Origin: Haloquadratum sp.
GTDB taxonomy: Archaea; Halobacteriota; Halobacteria; Halobacteriales; Haloferacaceae
Direction of reading: 5' to 3'
Assembly (NCBI GenBank): GCA_042215815.1
Contig: JBDGUP010000035.1
Location: forward strand, 1-48,128
DNA: 48,128 bases
Positions 28,620 through 38,144 of the stretch are shown here, piece by piece. The translations under genes were made by a program, and so were the position numbers. Under the pieces are notes generated by a model. It saw only the letters and a program-made list of their open reading frames with translations. It had not been told where the DNA came from and ran no database searches. Positions within the stretch are counted from its first letter, which is position 1; each line of letters starts with the position of its first letter.

Positions 28620-28697
28620 TACTGGCTATTGTCAGTCCGTACCGCTGGTTCGCCCAACGGGGTGCGAACCAGCGGTACACAGTGACAATAGCCAGTA
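28620..28697. mobile_element. Complete palindromic element, subtype 1; left TGA duplicate is the stop codon of the reductase gene
   Basis: TGA|TACTGGCTATTGTCA...TGACAATAGCCAGTA|TGA; 15-bp perfect outer stem and 15-bp perfect inner stem. Confidence 0.9.
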
Positions 28698-28705
28698 TGA
28701 TTCGA

Positions 28706-29977
28706 TCAGGGCCGTCGACGCCCGATTTCGACGATCGCCCGCGAGAGCACGTCGACGCCGAGGCCGATGCTCGACTCGTCGACGTCGAAGCGCTCTGTGT
28801 GGTGGCCGTCCGGGTGGTCGCTCCCGACGCCGACGTACGCGGCTTTGCCGCCCCGCTCTTGGACGTGGCGCATCAGATACGTCGCGTCCTCGCTGCCGCC
28901 GAGGTGGTCGGAGTCGAGGACCGAGGTGACGCCGTCCGTCTCACGGGCGGCGTCTGCGACGACGCCTCGGAGTTCGTCGTCGCTCTCGGCCGACGGCGCA
29001 CGGCCGGTGGTTTCGACGTCGACCTCACAGCCGTGCATCGCCGCGGCCGACCGCAGGACGCGACGCGCCCGCTCGTCCATATACGCCATCAGGTCTGTCG
29101 TCTCGCCGCGCACTTCGCCCTCCAGCGCGGCGTGCTCGGGGACGATGTTCGTCGCGGTGCCGCCCTCGACGACGCCGGCGTTGACCCGCGTCGCCCCCTC
29201 CGAGTGCCGAGGGATGCCATAGAGGTTCTGGACCGCGGCCGCGAGCGCCTGCACCGCGTTGTCGCCCGTCTCGGGGCGCGCGCCGGCGTGCGCCTGCGTG
29301 CCCTCGAAGCGCGCGGCGAACTGCGAGACCGCGAGGAACCCGTCGACGCCGGCGACGACCTCGCCGGAGGGGTGGTCCAGTCCGAGGTGCACCGCGAGCA
29401 GGTAGTCCGCGTCGTCGAGGTGGCCCGAGTGCGCCATCGGCTCGCCGCCGACGATCCGTTCTTCGCCGGGCTGGAAGAACACCTTCAGCGTGCCCGGGAA
29501 GTCGCGTTCCAGTATCCTATCGAGGACGCCGACGCCGATGGCCGCGTGGGCGTCGTGGCCGCAGGCGTGCATATACCCCTCGTTCTCGGATCGGAACCCC
29601 CCGGCGGCCGGTTCGTGGTCGGCGGCGGCGGACTCGGTGATCGGCAGGGCGTCGATGTCGACGCGGAGCGCCACGGTCGGTCCCGCGCCCCGCTCGACGA
29701 CCGCGACGGCGCCCGTGTGCCCTCCGGCAAGCCTCGCGAGGACGTCCTCGCGAGCGCCCGCGTCGCGGGCGCGGTCGATCCACGCCTCGAGTTCGGTCTC
29801 GTCCGGGACGCCGGCGCGCTCCCCGTCGGCGAGAACCTCCGGGCCGACATAGAGGGCGTCGAGGTCGCGCGTCTCCAGTTCGTCGACGAGCCGCGCGGTG
29901 GTGTAGAACTCCCGCCAGGCGGGTTCGGGGTGACGATGCAGGTCGCGTCGCAGGTCGAGGAGGTTTCCGGCCGTCAT
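28706..29977 (-). CDS. M20 family amidohydrolase (AbgA-like)
   Basis: RRDLHRHPE, RVDIDALPI, MHACGHDAH, FQPGEE, GSEDA, HH; start MTAGNL at 29977. Confidence 0.9.
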   Translation of the reverse strand: MTAGNLLDLRRDLHRHPEPAWREFYTTARLVDELETRDLDALYVGPEVLADGERAGVPDETELEAWIDRARDAGAREDVLARLAGGHTGAVAVVERGAGPTVALRVDIDALPITESAAADHEPAAGGFRSENEGYMHACGHDAHAAIGVGVLDRILERDFPGTLKVFFQPGEERIVGGEPMAHSGHLDDADYLLAVHLGLDHPSGEVVAGVDGFLAVSQFAARFEGTQAHAGARPETGDNAVQALAAAVQNLYGIPRHSEGATRVNAGVVEGGTATNIVPEHAALEGEVRGETTDLMAYMDERARRVLRSAAAMHGCEVDVETTGRAPSAESDDELRGVVADAARETDGVTSVLDSDHLGGSEDATYLMRHVQERGGKAAYVGVGSDHPDGHHTERFDVDESSIGLGVDVLSRAIVEIGRRRP

Positions 29978-30002
29978 CCGCTCGATCCTTCCGACTGCCG
30001 TG

Positions 30003-30065
30003 ACTGTGTACCGCCGCCCGCCACCCCCGGTGCCGGCGAGCACCGGGACGAGCCGAGAGCGATCA
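30003..30065. mobile_element. Degenerate palindromic element (subtype 2/3-like core)
   Basis: ACTGTGTACCG...CCCCGGTGCCGGCGAGCACCGGGA matches the core of 9703-9781 and 40216-40294. Confidence 0.5.
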
Positions 30066-30068
30066 TCG

Positions 30069-30401
30069 TCAGTCCCGGCGGTGTCCCGCCGGCTTCTTCT
30101 GTTCGACCTCGATTTCGACGTGGAGGCTGTCGGGGAAGTCCATGTGCCCGACCTCGCGCGCGATGTGGTCGTTGCCGTGGATCTCCAGCTTTCGGGAGTA
30201 CACCGTGTAGTCCCACGACGAGAACTCCGCGCCGGGCTGGAGGGTCTGATACTGCGGCACCGAGACGTGTTCGGGCGGGTCCGCGTGCGGCCCCTTGCAC
30301 TCGGCGCCCTTGCGTTCGAGCATCGATTTGAGGTCCGACACCGCCGACTCCAGTTCGTATCGGTCGCCCGACTGGAAGCTGAGTTTCGTGACGAAGGTCA
30401 T
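30069..30401 (-). CDS. Stand-alone ribosomal protein uS10-like paralog
   Basis: 110 aa; KLSFQSGDRYELE, KGAECKGP, W...VYSRKLEI, PDSLHVEIEV follow the uS10 pattern; not in a ribosomal operon. Confidence 0.75.
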   Translation of the reverse strand: MTFVTKLSFQSGDRYELESAVSDLKSMLERKGAECKGPHADPPEHVSVPQYQTLQPGAEFSSWDYTVYSRKLEIHGNDHIAREVGHMDFPDSLHVEIEVEQKKPAGHRRD

Positions 30402-30549
30402 AGCTGGGGTCTCGCTGGGATACGAGAGACGTCGGCGCCGAGCGGTAAAAGCACATCCATCGGTGCCCCCTCGCGGGGCGGGGCAGGGCGGGGCGGGGAG
30501 TGACCGGAGTGGGAAAGGCCCAATACCTCGGCGCCCCCGCTCTCCGACG

Positions 30550-32370
30550 ATGGCCCTCTCGGACGTCTTCCTCTCCCCGCTCGGATTCGCCGCCCTGCTT
30601 TCGGCCGTCCCCGTCGTCTTCCTGTACCTGATCCGCCCGGACCCGCGACAGGTGGTCTTACCCACCGTCCGGTTCCTCCGCGACGCGGCGGGCGAGTCGA
30701 CCTCGCGGCCGTTCTTCGAGCGCCTGAAGCGCAGCGCGCTCTTGTTCTTCCAGCTGCTCGCGATCCTGCTCTTCGCGACGGCGCTCGCGACGCCGTACAC
30801 CCCGGCGTCGGAGTCGACCCTCGTCGAGGAGACGGTGCTCGTCGTCGACGCCAGCGCGAGTATGAACGTCCGGTCCGACGGCACGACGCGGTTCGACCGG
30901 GCCGTCGCCGCCGCGCGGGGCGCGACGACGTCGACGACCTCCATCGTCGTCGCCGACGGGAGCGCCTCGATCGCGCTCCGGGGCGGCTCCGCCGCCGACG
31001 CCGACGAGGCGCTCTCGACGCTCCGGCCGACGGACGCCCCGGGCGACCTCCGCACGGCGATCGCGCGGGCGACGAGTCTCGCGGGAGAGAACGCCCGCAT
31101 CGTCGTGCTCAGTGACTTCGCCGGCGACAGCGACTGGCGCTCGGCCGTCCGAGCGGCGCGGGCCCGCGGACTGACGGTCGACCTCCGGCAGTTCGCGGCC
31201 GGCGGCCGCGACAACGTCGGGATCGTCGACCGGCAGTTCTCCGGCGAGCGGGTCACGGTCACGGTGCAGAACTTCGGCACCGCGAACGTCACCCGGCGCG
31301 TCTCCCTCGGCGACGAATCCCGGTCGGTCTCGCTCGCGCCCGGGGACCGCCGGAGCGTCACGCTCTCGGTCCCGGCGGGCGGCGGCGCCGTTCGGCTCTC
31401 GCCGGGCGATTCCTTCCCGACCGACGACGTCGCCTACGTCGCTGCGCCGCCGGACGCGACGGTCGAGACGCTCCTCGTGACCAACGACCGCAACCGCTAC
31501 CTGGCGACGGCGCTGTCTGTCATCGATCCCGTCTCGCTGACGGTCCTCGAGCCGCCGGGCGCGGTCCCGCCGCCCCCGGGCGACCGGGAGCGCGCGTACG
31601 ACGTCGTCGTCTACAGCAACGTGGACGCCGCGCGGCTGGGGTCCGAACAGCTGGCGGCGGGCCGGGACGCGCTCGCCGCCGGCGGCGGCGTCGCGATCCA
31701 GGCCCAGGAGTCCCTTCCGGCCGACGCCTACGGCGACCTCCTCTTGCTCTCGCCGGCGGGACTCGGAACCAACCCGACGCTCGCGACGCCGGCGGCGGAC
31801 GAACTCACCCGCGACATCAGCTTCCCGCCGCCCGAGCGGTACGTCCGCGGCGACCTCCGCGCCGGGCGGGCGCTCGTCTCGACCACCGACGGGACGCCGA
31901 TCGTCGCCACCGACAGACGGGGCGGCGGTCGGGTCCTCTACTACGGCTACATCGAGTCGGCGTCGACGTTCAAGTACGACTTCGAGTACCCCATCTTCTG
32001 GAAGCGGAGCGTCTACGCGCTCGCCGGCCGCGAGTCGCTCGCAGAACTGAACCGACAGACCGGCGCCCGTTTCGACTTCGCAAACGAGACGGCGATCACG
32101 ACGCCGACCGGCCAGACGAGGGCTTCGGAACTCCGCGCGACGCAGGCCGGGTTCTACGCGACGCCGGAGACTCGCTACAGCGCGTCGCTGCTCAGCAGTT
32201 CCGAGTCCGCCGTGACCGCCCCGGCGGTCAACGCCAGCGCCGGCGGCGGGCCGACGACGCGCCGCGACGAACGGACGGTCCCGGATCCGCTCACCGAGTT
32301 CGTCGCACTCGGTATCGTCGCCGTCGCGGTCGGCGAGGTGGCCTTCCTCCGGCGGCGGGGTGACCTGTGA
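30550..32370 (+). CDS. BatA-type N-terminal TM + vWA domain membrane protein
   Basis: N-terminal two-TM BatA motif (LYLIRP...LPTVRFL), MIDAS VVDASASM, VLSD, C-terminal TM helix. Confidence 0.85.
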   Translation: MALSDVFLSPLGFAALLSAVPVVFLYLIRPDPRQVVLPTVRFLRDAAGESTSRPFFERLKRSALLFFQLLAILLFATALATPYTPASESTLVEETVLVVDASASMNVRSDGTTRFDRAVAAARGATTSTTSIVVADGSASIALRGGSAADADEALSTLRPTDAPGDLRTAIARATSLAGENARIVVLSDFAGDSDWRSAVRAARARGLTVDLRQFAAGGRDNVGIVDRQFSGERVTVTVQNFGTANVTRRVSLGDESRSVSLAPGDRRSVTLSVPAGGGAVRLSPGDSFPTDDVAYVAAPPDATVETLLVTNDRNRYLATALSVIDPVSLTVLEPPGAVPPPPGDRERAYDVVVYSNVDAARLGSEQLAAGRDALAAGGGVAIQAQESLPADAYGDLLLLSPAGLGTNPTLATPAADELTRDISFPPPERYVRGDLRAGRALVSTTDGTPIVATDRRGGGRVLYYGYIESASTFKYDFEYPIFWKRSVYALAGRESLAELNRQTGARFDFANETAITTPTGQTRASELRATQAGFYATPETRYSASLLSSSESAVTAPAVNASAGGGPTTRRDERTVPDPLTEFVALGIVAVAVGEVAFLRRRGDL

Positions 32371-34793
32371 TGACGGTGTTGCTCCGCCTCGCCGGCCGCT
32401 TCCGGCCGTGGACGGACCTCGGCGCGTCGACGGCGACCGTCTCCGTCGAACTGACCGAGGGGCTCTCGGTGGGTCTCGCCCGGCCGCTCTTCCTCCTCGC
32501 GTTCCCCGTCGCCGGGCTGGCGCTCTGGGCGCTCTTCTTCTGGAAGGCCTCGGGGTCTGCCTCCGCGCGGTCGCGGCGGCTGCTGCTCGCCGCGCGGCTC
32601 GTCGTCGTCGCGCTTGTCGTCCTCGCGGCGGCGGGGCCCTACACGGTCCAGCCGCAGCGGACCGCGGGCGAGCCCCGCGTGACGCTGCTCGTCGACCGCT
32701 CGGACAGTATGGCGGTCGTGCCGGACGTCGCAGACCGACTCGTGGCGGCGATCGAAGCCCAGGGCGTGGCCGTGCGGCGCGTCCCGGTCGGCACGAACGC
32801 CTCCTCGCCGGTCGGCGACGCGGTGGCGGCGAACCTCCGCGAGAACGGGAGTCTCGTCCTCCTCACCGACGGGCGCGTGACGAGCGGCGCGTCGCTCGCG
32901 CGGGCGGCGGCGCTCGCGGCGTCTGTCAACGCCACCGTCTCCGTCGTCGCGCCCGACCCCCGAACGACGGAGCGGTACGTCACCGTCTCGGGGCCCGAAA
33001 AGGCCAGTCTCGGCGTGCAGAACCGATTCGTCGCCCGCGTCGACGGCACCGACGGGAACCTGTCGGTGACGCTCTCGGTCCGCGCGGACGGCGAGCAGGT
33101 GCTCGAACGGACGGTGACCGACGCGCCCGCGACCGTCGCGTTCAACCACACCTTCGATACGACGGGTAGCCACACGATCACCGCCGAGATCGACGTCGCC
33201 GACCGCTTCGCCGAAAACGACGTCTACCGGAAGACGGTCCGGGTCGTCGAACGTCCGAAGATCCTCTATGTCTCGCCGGGCGAGTATCCCTTCCGCGAGT
33301 ACCTGGGCCAGCTCTACGACGTCGAGACGGCCGAGTCGGTCCCCGCGAACCTCTCGTCGTACTACGCGGTCGTCGTCCAGGACACGCCCGCCGACGCAGT
33401 CGGAGACGTGGACGCGCTCCAGCGGTTCGTCATCGACGGCGGCGGCCTCCTAGCGGTCGGCGGCCCGAACGCCTTCGAGAGCGGCGGCTACCGCGGCTCC
33501 GCCTTCGCGTCGATGCTCCCCGTCTCGGTCGGCGAGGGCGAGCGCCGCGCGACGAACATCGTCCTCGCCGTGGACGTCTCGGGGAGCGCGGCGTCGGGGA
33601 TGCGGATCCAGAAGGCGGCGGCGCTGTCGGTGCTCGAGCAGCTCGGCGACGAGAACGAGGTCGGGCTGGTCGGGTTCAACTACCAGGCCTACCGCGTCTC
33701 CGCGATCGAGCCGCTCTCGGCGAACCGCCAGGAGCTCCGCGACAAGATCCGGCGGCTCCGCGCCGGCGGGGCGACCGACATCGCGGTCGGTCTCCGCGGC
33801 GCGGCGGAACTCCTCGGCGACCGCCCGGGGACGATCATCCTGATCAGCGACGGTCACGACGACCCCGACGAGGCCGCGCAGGTGGCTGCGCGCCTCTCGG
33901 AGCGGGGAGTGAAGGTCGTCACCGTCGGAGCGGGCCGGCGGGTCAACGAACGGACGCTCCGGACGATCGCCGCCGCCGGCGACGGGAGTTACTTCCGGGC
34001 GACGGAGACGACCCGGCTCGGCATCCTCTTCGGCGGCGCGGGCGCGACTGGCGGCGCCGGACTCGTGGTCCTCGACCGGAGTTCGTTCGTCACCGCCGGG
34101 GTCTCGCTGACGGCGTCGCCGGCGTCGTTCAACGACGTCGCGGTGCGCCGCGGCGCCGACTTCCTCGTCGCGGGCGGCAACGGACAGCCGGCGGTCGCGA
34201 CGTGGCGCTACGGTCTCGGCCGCGTGGCCACGGTCACGGCCTACGGCGCAGACGGAACGCTCGACGGCCTGCTCCGCGAACCCGACTCGCTCCTCCTGAC
34301 TCGGGCCACGAACTACGTGATCGGCGACCCCGAGCGGAAGGCCACCGGGGTCACGGGCATCCCCGACACGCGCGTCGGCGTGCCGACGACCGTCACGTAC
34401 CGCGGGGCGGAACGACCCAGCGTCGACGGCGTCTCCTTCCGGCGCGTCGGCGAGGAGACCTACCGGGCGAGTGTCACTCCCGACGACGCGGGCTATTACG
34501 AGGTTCTCGGAGCCGTCTACGCGGCGAACTACCCACGGGAATACGCCGCGTTCGGTCCGGACCCGGCGCTCGAGGCGCTGGTCGAAGCGACGGGCGGGCG
34601 GGAGTTCACCGCGACGCAGGGCGCGCGGATCGCCCGGTTCGCGAAGGAGCGATCCCGGGGCGTGCGGCCCGTCCGGACCGACTGGACGTGGCTCGCGCTG
34701 CTCGCGGGACTCGTGGTCTTCACGCTCGAAGTCAGCTACCGGCGGCTTCAAGTTCGCCGCCGCAGTACCACGTCGGAGGGAGGTCTCCCGTGA
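32370..34793 (+). CDS. Double vWA domain membrane protein with Ig-like and class-I GATase-like domains
   Basis: LVDRSDSM/LLTDG and AVDVSGSA/LISDG vWA motifs, GGGLLAVGG, RYGLGRV, N- and C-terminal TM helices; TGATG overlap with the upstream gene. Confidence 0.85.
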   Translation: MTVLLRLAGRFRPWTDLGASTATVSVELTEGLSVGLARPLFLLAFPVAGLALWALFFWKASGSASARSRRLLLAARLVVVALVVLAAAGPYTVQPQRTAGEPRVTLLVDRSDSMAVVPDVADRLVAAIEAQGVAVRRVPVGTNASSPVGDAVAANLRENGSLVLLTDGRVTSGASLARAAALAASVNATVSVVAPDPRTTERYVTVSGPEKASLGVQNRFVARVDGTDGNLSVTLSVRADGEQVLERTVTDAPATVAFNHTFDTTGSHTITAEIDVADRFAENDVYRKTVRVVERPKILYVSPGEYPFREYLGQLYDVETAESVPANLSSYYAVVVQDTPADAVGDVDALQRFVIDGGGLLAVGGPNAFESGGYRGSAFASMLPVSVGEGERRATNIVLAVDVSGSAASGMRIQKAAALSVLEQLGDENEVGLVGFNYQAYRVSAIEPLSANRQELRDKIRRLRAGGATDIAVGLRGAAELLGDRPGTIILISDGHDDPDEAAQVAARLSERGVKVVTVGAGRRVNERTLRTIAAAGDGSYFRATETTRLGILFGGAGATGGAGLVVLDRSSFVTAGVSLTASPASFNDVAVRRGADFLVAGGNGQPAVATWRYGLGRVATVTAYGADGTLDGLLREPDSLLLTRATNYVIGDPERKATGVTGIPDTRVGVPTTVTYRGAERPSVDGVSFRRVGEETYRASVTPDDAGYYEVLGAVYAANYPREYAAFGPDPALEALVEATGGREFTATQGARIARFAKERSRGVRPVRTDWTWLALLAGLVVFTLEVSYRRLQVRRRSTTSEGGLP

Positions 34794-35176
34794 CGTTCGT
34801 CGGCCGCCACCTGAGTCTCGCTCTCGTCGTCGCCCTCCTCGTCCTGGCCGCCGGGACGGTCGGAGTGACGGTCCTCTATCAGTCCGGCGTCTCCGCCGTC
34901 ACATCACAGAACGAACAGCTCCGGACGCAGAACGAGCGGCTGCGCGAGGAACTGCGTTCGGCCCGCGACCGGATCCAGGAACTGCGGTCGCGCGTCGCCG
35001 CCCTCGAAGACCGGGTCGCAGAGCTTCGGTCCCGGGTACAGGCACAGAACGAGACCATCGCCTCGTTGCGGGCAGAGCGCGACGCCTCCCGCGCGGACCT
35101 GCGTTCGCTCTGCCGGAAGTGGAGCCAGCGGAACGAGACCGTTCCCCCGGAGTGTGAGAATGTCGACTGGCAGTGA
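34790..35176 (+). CDS. Small membrane-anchored coiled-coil protein (128 aa)
   Basis: GTG start overlapping the upstream TGA; N-terminal TM, heptad-rich QNEQLRTQNERLREEL..., C-terminal Cys pair. Confidence 0.7.
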   Translation: MTFVGRHLSLALVVALLVLAAGTVGVTVLYQSGVSAVTSQNEQLRTQNERLREELRSARDRIQELRSRVAALEDRVAELRSRVQAQNETIASLRAERDASRADLRSLCRKWSQRNETVPPECENVDWQ

Positions 35177-36188
35177 CCGAACCGGGCCGGTCGACGGCCG
35201 GGGCGAGTCGCGGGCGGCGGGCGACGAGTCGGCGGCGACGACGCCGACGACCGCTGCCTCGGAGACGGCGTCGACGACGCAGATCCGCGCGGCGATCGAC
35301 GAGATCAGACGCGAGGTGCGGAAGGCCGCGGCCGTCCACGCCGCCGTCGACGCCGCCCTCGTCGCGCTCGTCGCGAACCTGGTTCTCGAACTGGTCGGTC
35401 CCGCCTGGCTCACCCGGCCGTTCGGGCCTCCCGCCGTCGTGGGGAGAGCGCTACGCGACGTGATCGGGGGCGCGGCGCCGACCGCACTCACGAGGGCGTC
35501 GCTCGTCGCCGTCGCCCTCGGCACCGTCGCGTTCGCCCTGGAGTTCGCCCTGCGGCTCCGTCGCCCGCTCGTCGAGCAGTTCGAGGCGGCGAACCCGCCG
35601 GTGCGAGAGGCGCTGCGCACCGCCCGGGACGCGGTCACAGACGGGAGCGACACGGAGATGGCGCGGCGGCTGTACGCCGACGTCCTCAAGACGCTCGGTC
35701 GGACGTCGAGCCGCGAACTCGTCGGGACGCGTCGGGTCGCCGTGACGGCGCTGCTCGTCGTCCTCGTGAGCCTCGCCAGCGTCCAGGTCGCCGTCGTCGA
35801 CCCGACGCTCCCGGGACTGTTCGACGGCGGCGACGGGGACGGCGGCGACACGACGACCCCGCCAGCGGACGGCGACCTGCGGGACGCCGATCCGATCCTC
35901 GGCGAGGCCGAGGACGTCCAGGCCGGCGACGAACTGGAGAACATCACCGTTCCGGGAACCGGCGAGGGGATCGGCGAGGGACCGACAGCGCCCTCCGGCG
36001 GGTTCGGTGGGGGCGGCGGGACGGGCGAATACGAGAGCCAACAGGCCGGCTTCGGCGGCACAGAGCGCATCGAGGACGCCGAACTGGTCAGGGAGTACAA
36101 CCTCCGGATCCGGGAGTTCGAAGAACAGGACGGGACTGCGACCGACGCGACGAGAGACGAGACCACACGGAACGATGCCACGAACTGA
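35160..36188 (+). CDS. Membrane protein with acidic Gly-rich C-terminus, MoxR-operon associated
   Basis: About 3 TM segments, FEAANPPVREALRTARD, acidic tail ending LVREYN; embedded in the operon. Confidence 0.7.
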   Translation: MSTGSDRTGPVDGRGESRAAGDESAATTPTTAASETASTTQIRAAIDEIRREVRKAAAVHAAVDAALVALVANLVLELVGPAWLTRPFGPPAVVGRALRDVIGGAAPTALTRASLVAVALGTVAFALEFALRLRRPLVEQFEAANPPVREALRTARDAVTDGSDTEMARRLYADVLKTLGRTSSRELVGTRRVAVTALLVVLVSLASVQVAVVDPTLPGLFDGGDGDGGDTTTPPADGDLRDADPILGEAEDVQAGDELENITVPGTGEGIGEGPTAPSGGFGGGGGTGEYESQQAGFGGTERIEDAELVREYNLRIREFEEQDGTATDATRDETTRNDATN

Positions 36189-36212
36189 TATCCAGACTCG
36201 ACCCGAGAGACG

Positions 36213-37160
36213 ATGAGCGGAAGCAACGATGACGTCGCGGAGATCCAGCGCCGGCTCGCGGCGCTCCGCCAGGAGGTCGCAAAGCGGATCGTCGGCCAGG
36301 CCGACGTCGTCGAACAGGTGCTCGTGTGCCTGCTCTGCGACGGGAACGCGCTGATCGAGAGCAATCCCGGTCTCGGGAAGACCACGCTCGTGCGGACCGT
36401 CGCGGAGGCGACAGACCTCTCCTTTTCGCGGATTCAGAGCACGCCGGACCTGATGCCCGCAGACATCACCGGCACGGAGATCATCCGCGACGCGGGCGAC
36501 TCCCGCGAGTTCGTCTTCGAGGAAGGCCCCGTCTTCGCGAACGTCGTCCTGGCCGACGAGATCAACCGCGCGACGCCGAAGACGCAGGCGGCGCTCCTGG
36601 AGGCGATGCAAGAAAAGCAGGTGACGACCGCGGGTGAGACGCGCGAGCTGCCGCGGCCCTTCTTCGTGCTGGCGACGCAGAACCCCATCGAACAGGAGGG
36701 GACGTATCCGCTTCCCGAGGCACAGACCGACCGCTTCCTCCTGAAGGTCCTCGTCGACTACCCCGGCCGCGAGGAGGAACGGGAGATCGTCGACCGGTAC
36801 ACGACGGGCGCGCCGACCCCGGAAGTCGATCGGGTGCTCTCGCGGGCGCAACTCCAGCGCGCCCAGCAGTTGACACGGCAGGTCCCGATCGCAGACGACA
36901 TCCGCGACGACGTGATCGATCTGGTCCGGGCGACTCGGACGACAGACGACGTCGAGTTCGGCGCCAGCCCGCGCGCCAGTATGGGACTCGTCCTCGCGGC
37001 GAAGGCGCGCGCCTTTCTCGAGGGGCGCTCGCACGTCTCCTGGGACGACGTCGAGGCGATGGCACGGCCGGTTCTCAGACACCGCCTCATCGTCGACTTC
37101 CGGGCCGAGCGGGAGGGCGTCACCCCGGACGACGTCGTCGCAGAGCTGCTCCGGCGATGA
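36213..37160 (+). CDS. moxR: MoxR family AAA+ ATPase
   Basis: PGLGKT Walker A, TPDLMPADITG, LADEINRATPKTQAALLEAMQE, ATQNPIEQEGTYPLPEAQTDRF, GASPR, LRHR. Confidence 0.95.
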   Translation: MSGSNDDVAEIQRRLAALRQEVAKRIVGQADVVEQVLVCLLCDGNALIESNPGLGKTTLVRTVAEATDLSFSRIQSTPDLMPADITGTEIIRDAGDSREFVFEEGPVFANVVLADEINRATPKTQAALLEAMQEKQVTTAGETRELPRPFFVLATQNPIEQEGTYPLPEAQTDRFLLKVLVDYPGREEEREIVDRYTTGAPTPEVDRVLSRAQLQRAQQLTRQVPIADDIRDDVIDLVRATRTTDDVEFGASPRASMGLVLAAKARAFLEGRSHVSWDDVEAMARPVLRHRLIVDFRAEREGVTPDDVVAELLRR

Positions 37161-38053
37161 CGATCGATCCGACGTTCTTCGACGACCTGTCCCGCCTCGC
37201 GTGGACACTGACGCGGGAGACCGAATCGCGACGGCAGGGCGAACAGCGCTCGTCCAACGTCGGCGAGGGCCTGACGTTCAGCGATTACCGCCGGTACACT
37301 CCCGGCGACGACGTCCGGCTCGTCGACTGGCGGGTCTACGCCCGGACGGACGAGTACTTCATCAAGCAGTACGAGGCCGAGCGCGATCTCACGGTGCACG
37401 TGCTGTTCGACACGTCGGGATCGATGGATTTCGGCGAGGGCGCAGCGCACAAATTCGAGTTCGCGGCGCGGTTCGGTCTCGCGTTCGCCTTCCTGACCGC
37501 GACACGACACGAGTCGTTTCGGTTTTCTGCGTTCGACACCGCCGTCACCCGGCTCGACCGCGGTCGATCGACCCGCGGCGAACTCCTCCGGCTGCTGGAC
37601 CGCGTGAACGAGATCCAGCCGACCGGACGCACGGATTTCGTCGACACTCTCGAATCCTACGCGCGGACGATTCACTCGCGGTCGCTCGTGGTCGTCGTGA
37701 GCGACTTCCTCGAAGATCCCGACGAGATCGAAGACGGCGTCGCGGCGCTCGGCCACAACGACGTCCTCCTCGTACACGTGGTCGCGCCCGACGAGCGCGA
37801 CCCCGAGGTCGCCGGCGACACGGTCTTCGAAGACCCCGAGACGGGCACGACCCACCGCGCGTACTTCGCGGGATCGACGGCTGATTCCTACCGGGAGCGG
37901 CTGTCGGACCACCTCGACGAGGTCGCCGCCCGAGCGCGAACGCTCCGGGCGGAACACGTCGTCGTCGATACGGATGCGGACTTCTTCGACGCCTTCGGAA
38001 CTGTCTGGCGACGCCAGAACGGCGATCGGGAGCGATCGGCCGGGAAACGCTAA
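37157..38053 (+). CDS. DUF58 (vWA-like) protein
   Basis: FSDYRRYTPGDDVRLVDWRVYAR, LFDTSGSM, VVVSDF; ATGA overlap with moxR. Confidence 0.92.
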   Translation: MTIDPTFFDDLSRLAWTLTRETESRRQGEQRSSNVGEGLTFSDYRRYTPGDDVRLVDWRVYARTDEYFIKQYEAERDLTVHVLFDTSGSMDFGEGAAHKFEFAARFGLAFAFLTATRHESFRFSAFDTAVTRLDRGRSTRGELLRLLDRVNEIQPTGRTDFVDTLESYARTIHSRSLVVVVSDFLEDPDEIEDGVAALGHNDVLLVHVVAPDERDPEVAGDTVFEDPETGTTHRAYFAGSTADSYRERLSDHLDEVAARARTLRAEHVVVDTDADFFDAFGTVWRRQNGDRERSAGKR

Positions 38054-38144
38054 CCGGGACCGTCGTCGCTTCTGGGGATCCGCGGTCGAGGGCCGCCGCG
38101 ACGCTTCCGGCGGCTATATCTCCCTGTATCGACGACTGGAACGC

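Noticed and set aside
28617-28700. TA-duplication (IS630/Tc1-type) reading of the element ends
   Set aside because: The nested copy at 9703 restores its target only with a 3-bp duplication, and the duplicated trinucleotide differs between copies (TGA, TCA, TAA) while matching on both sides of each
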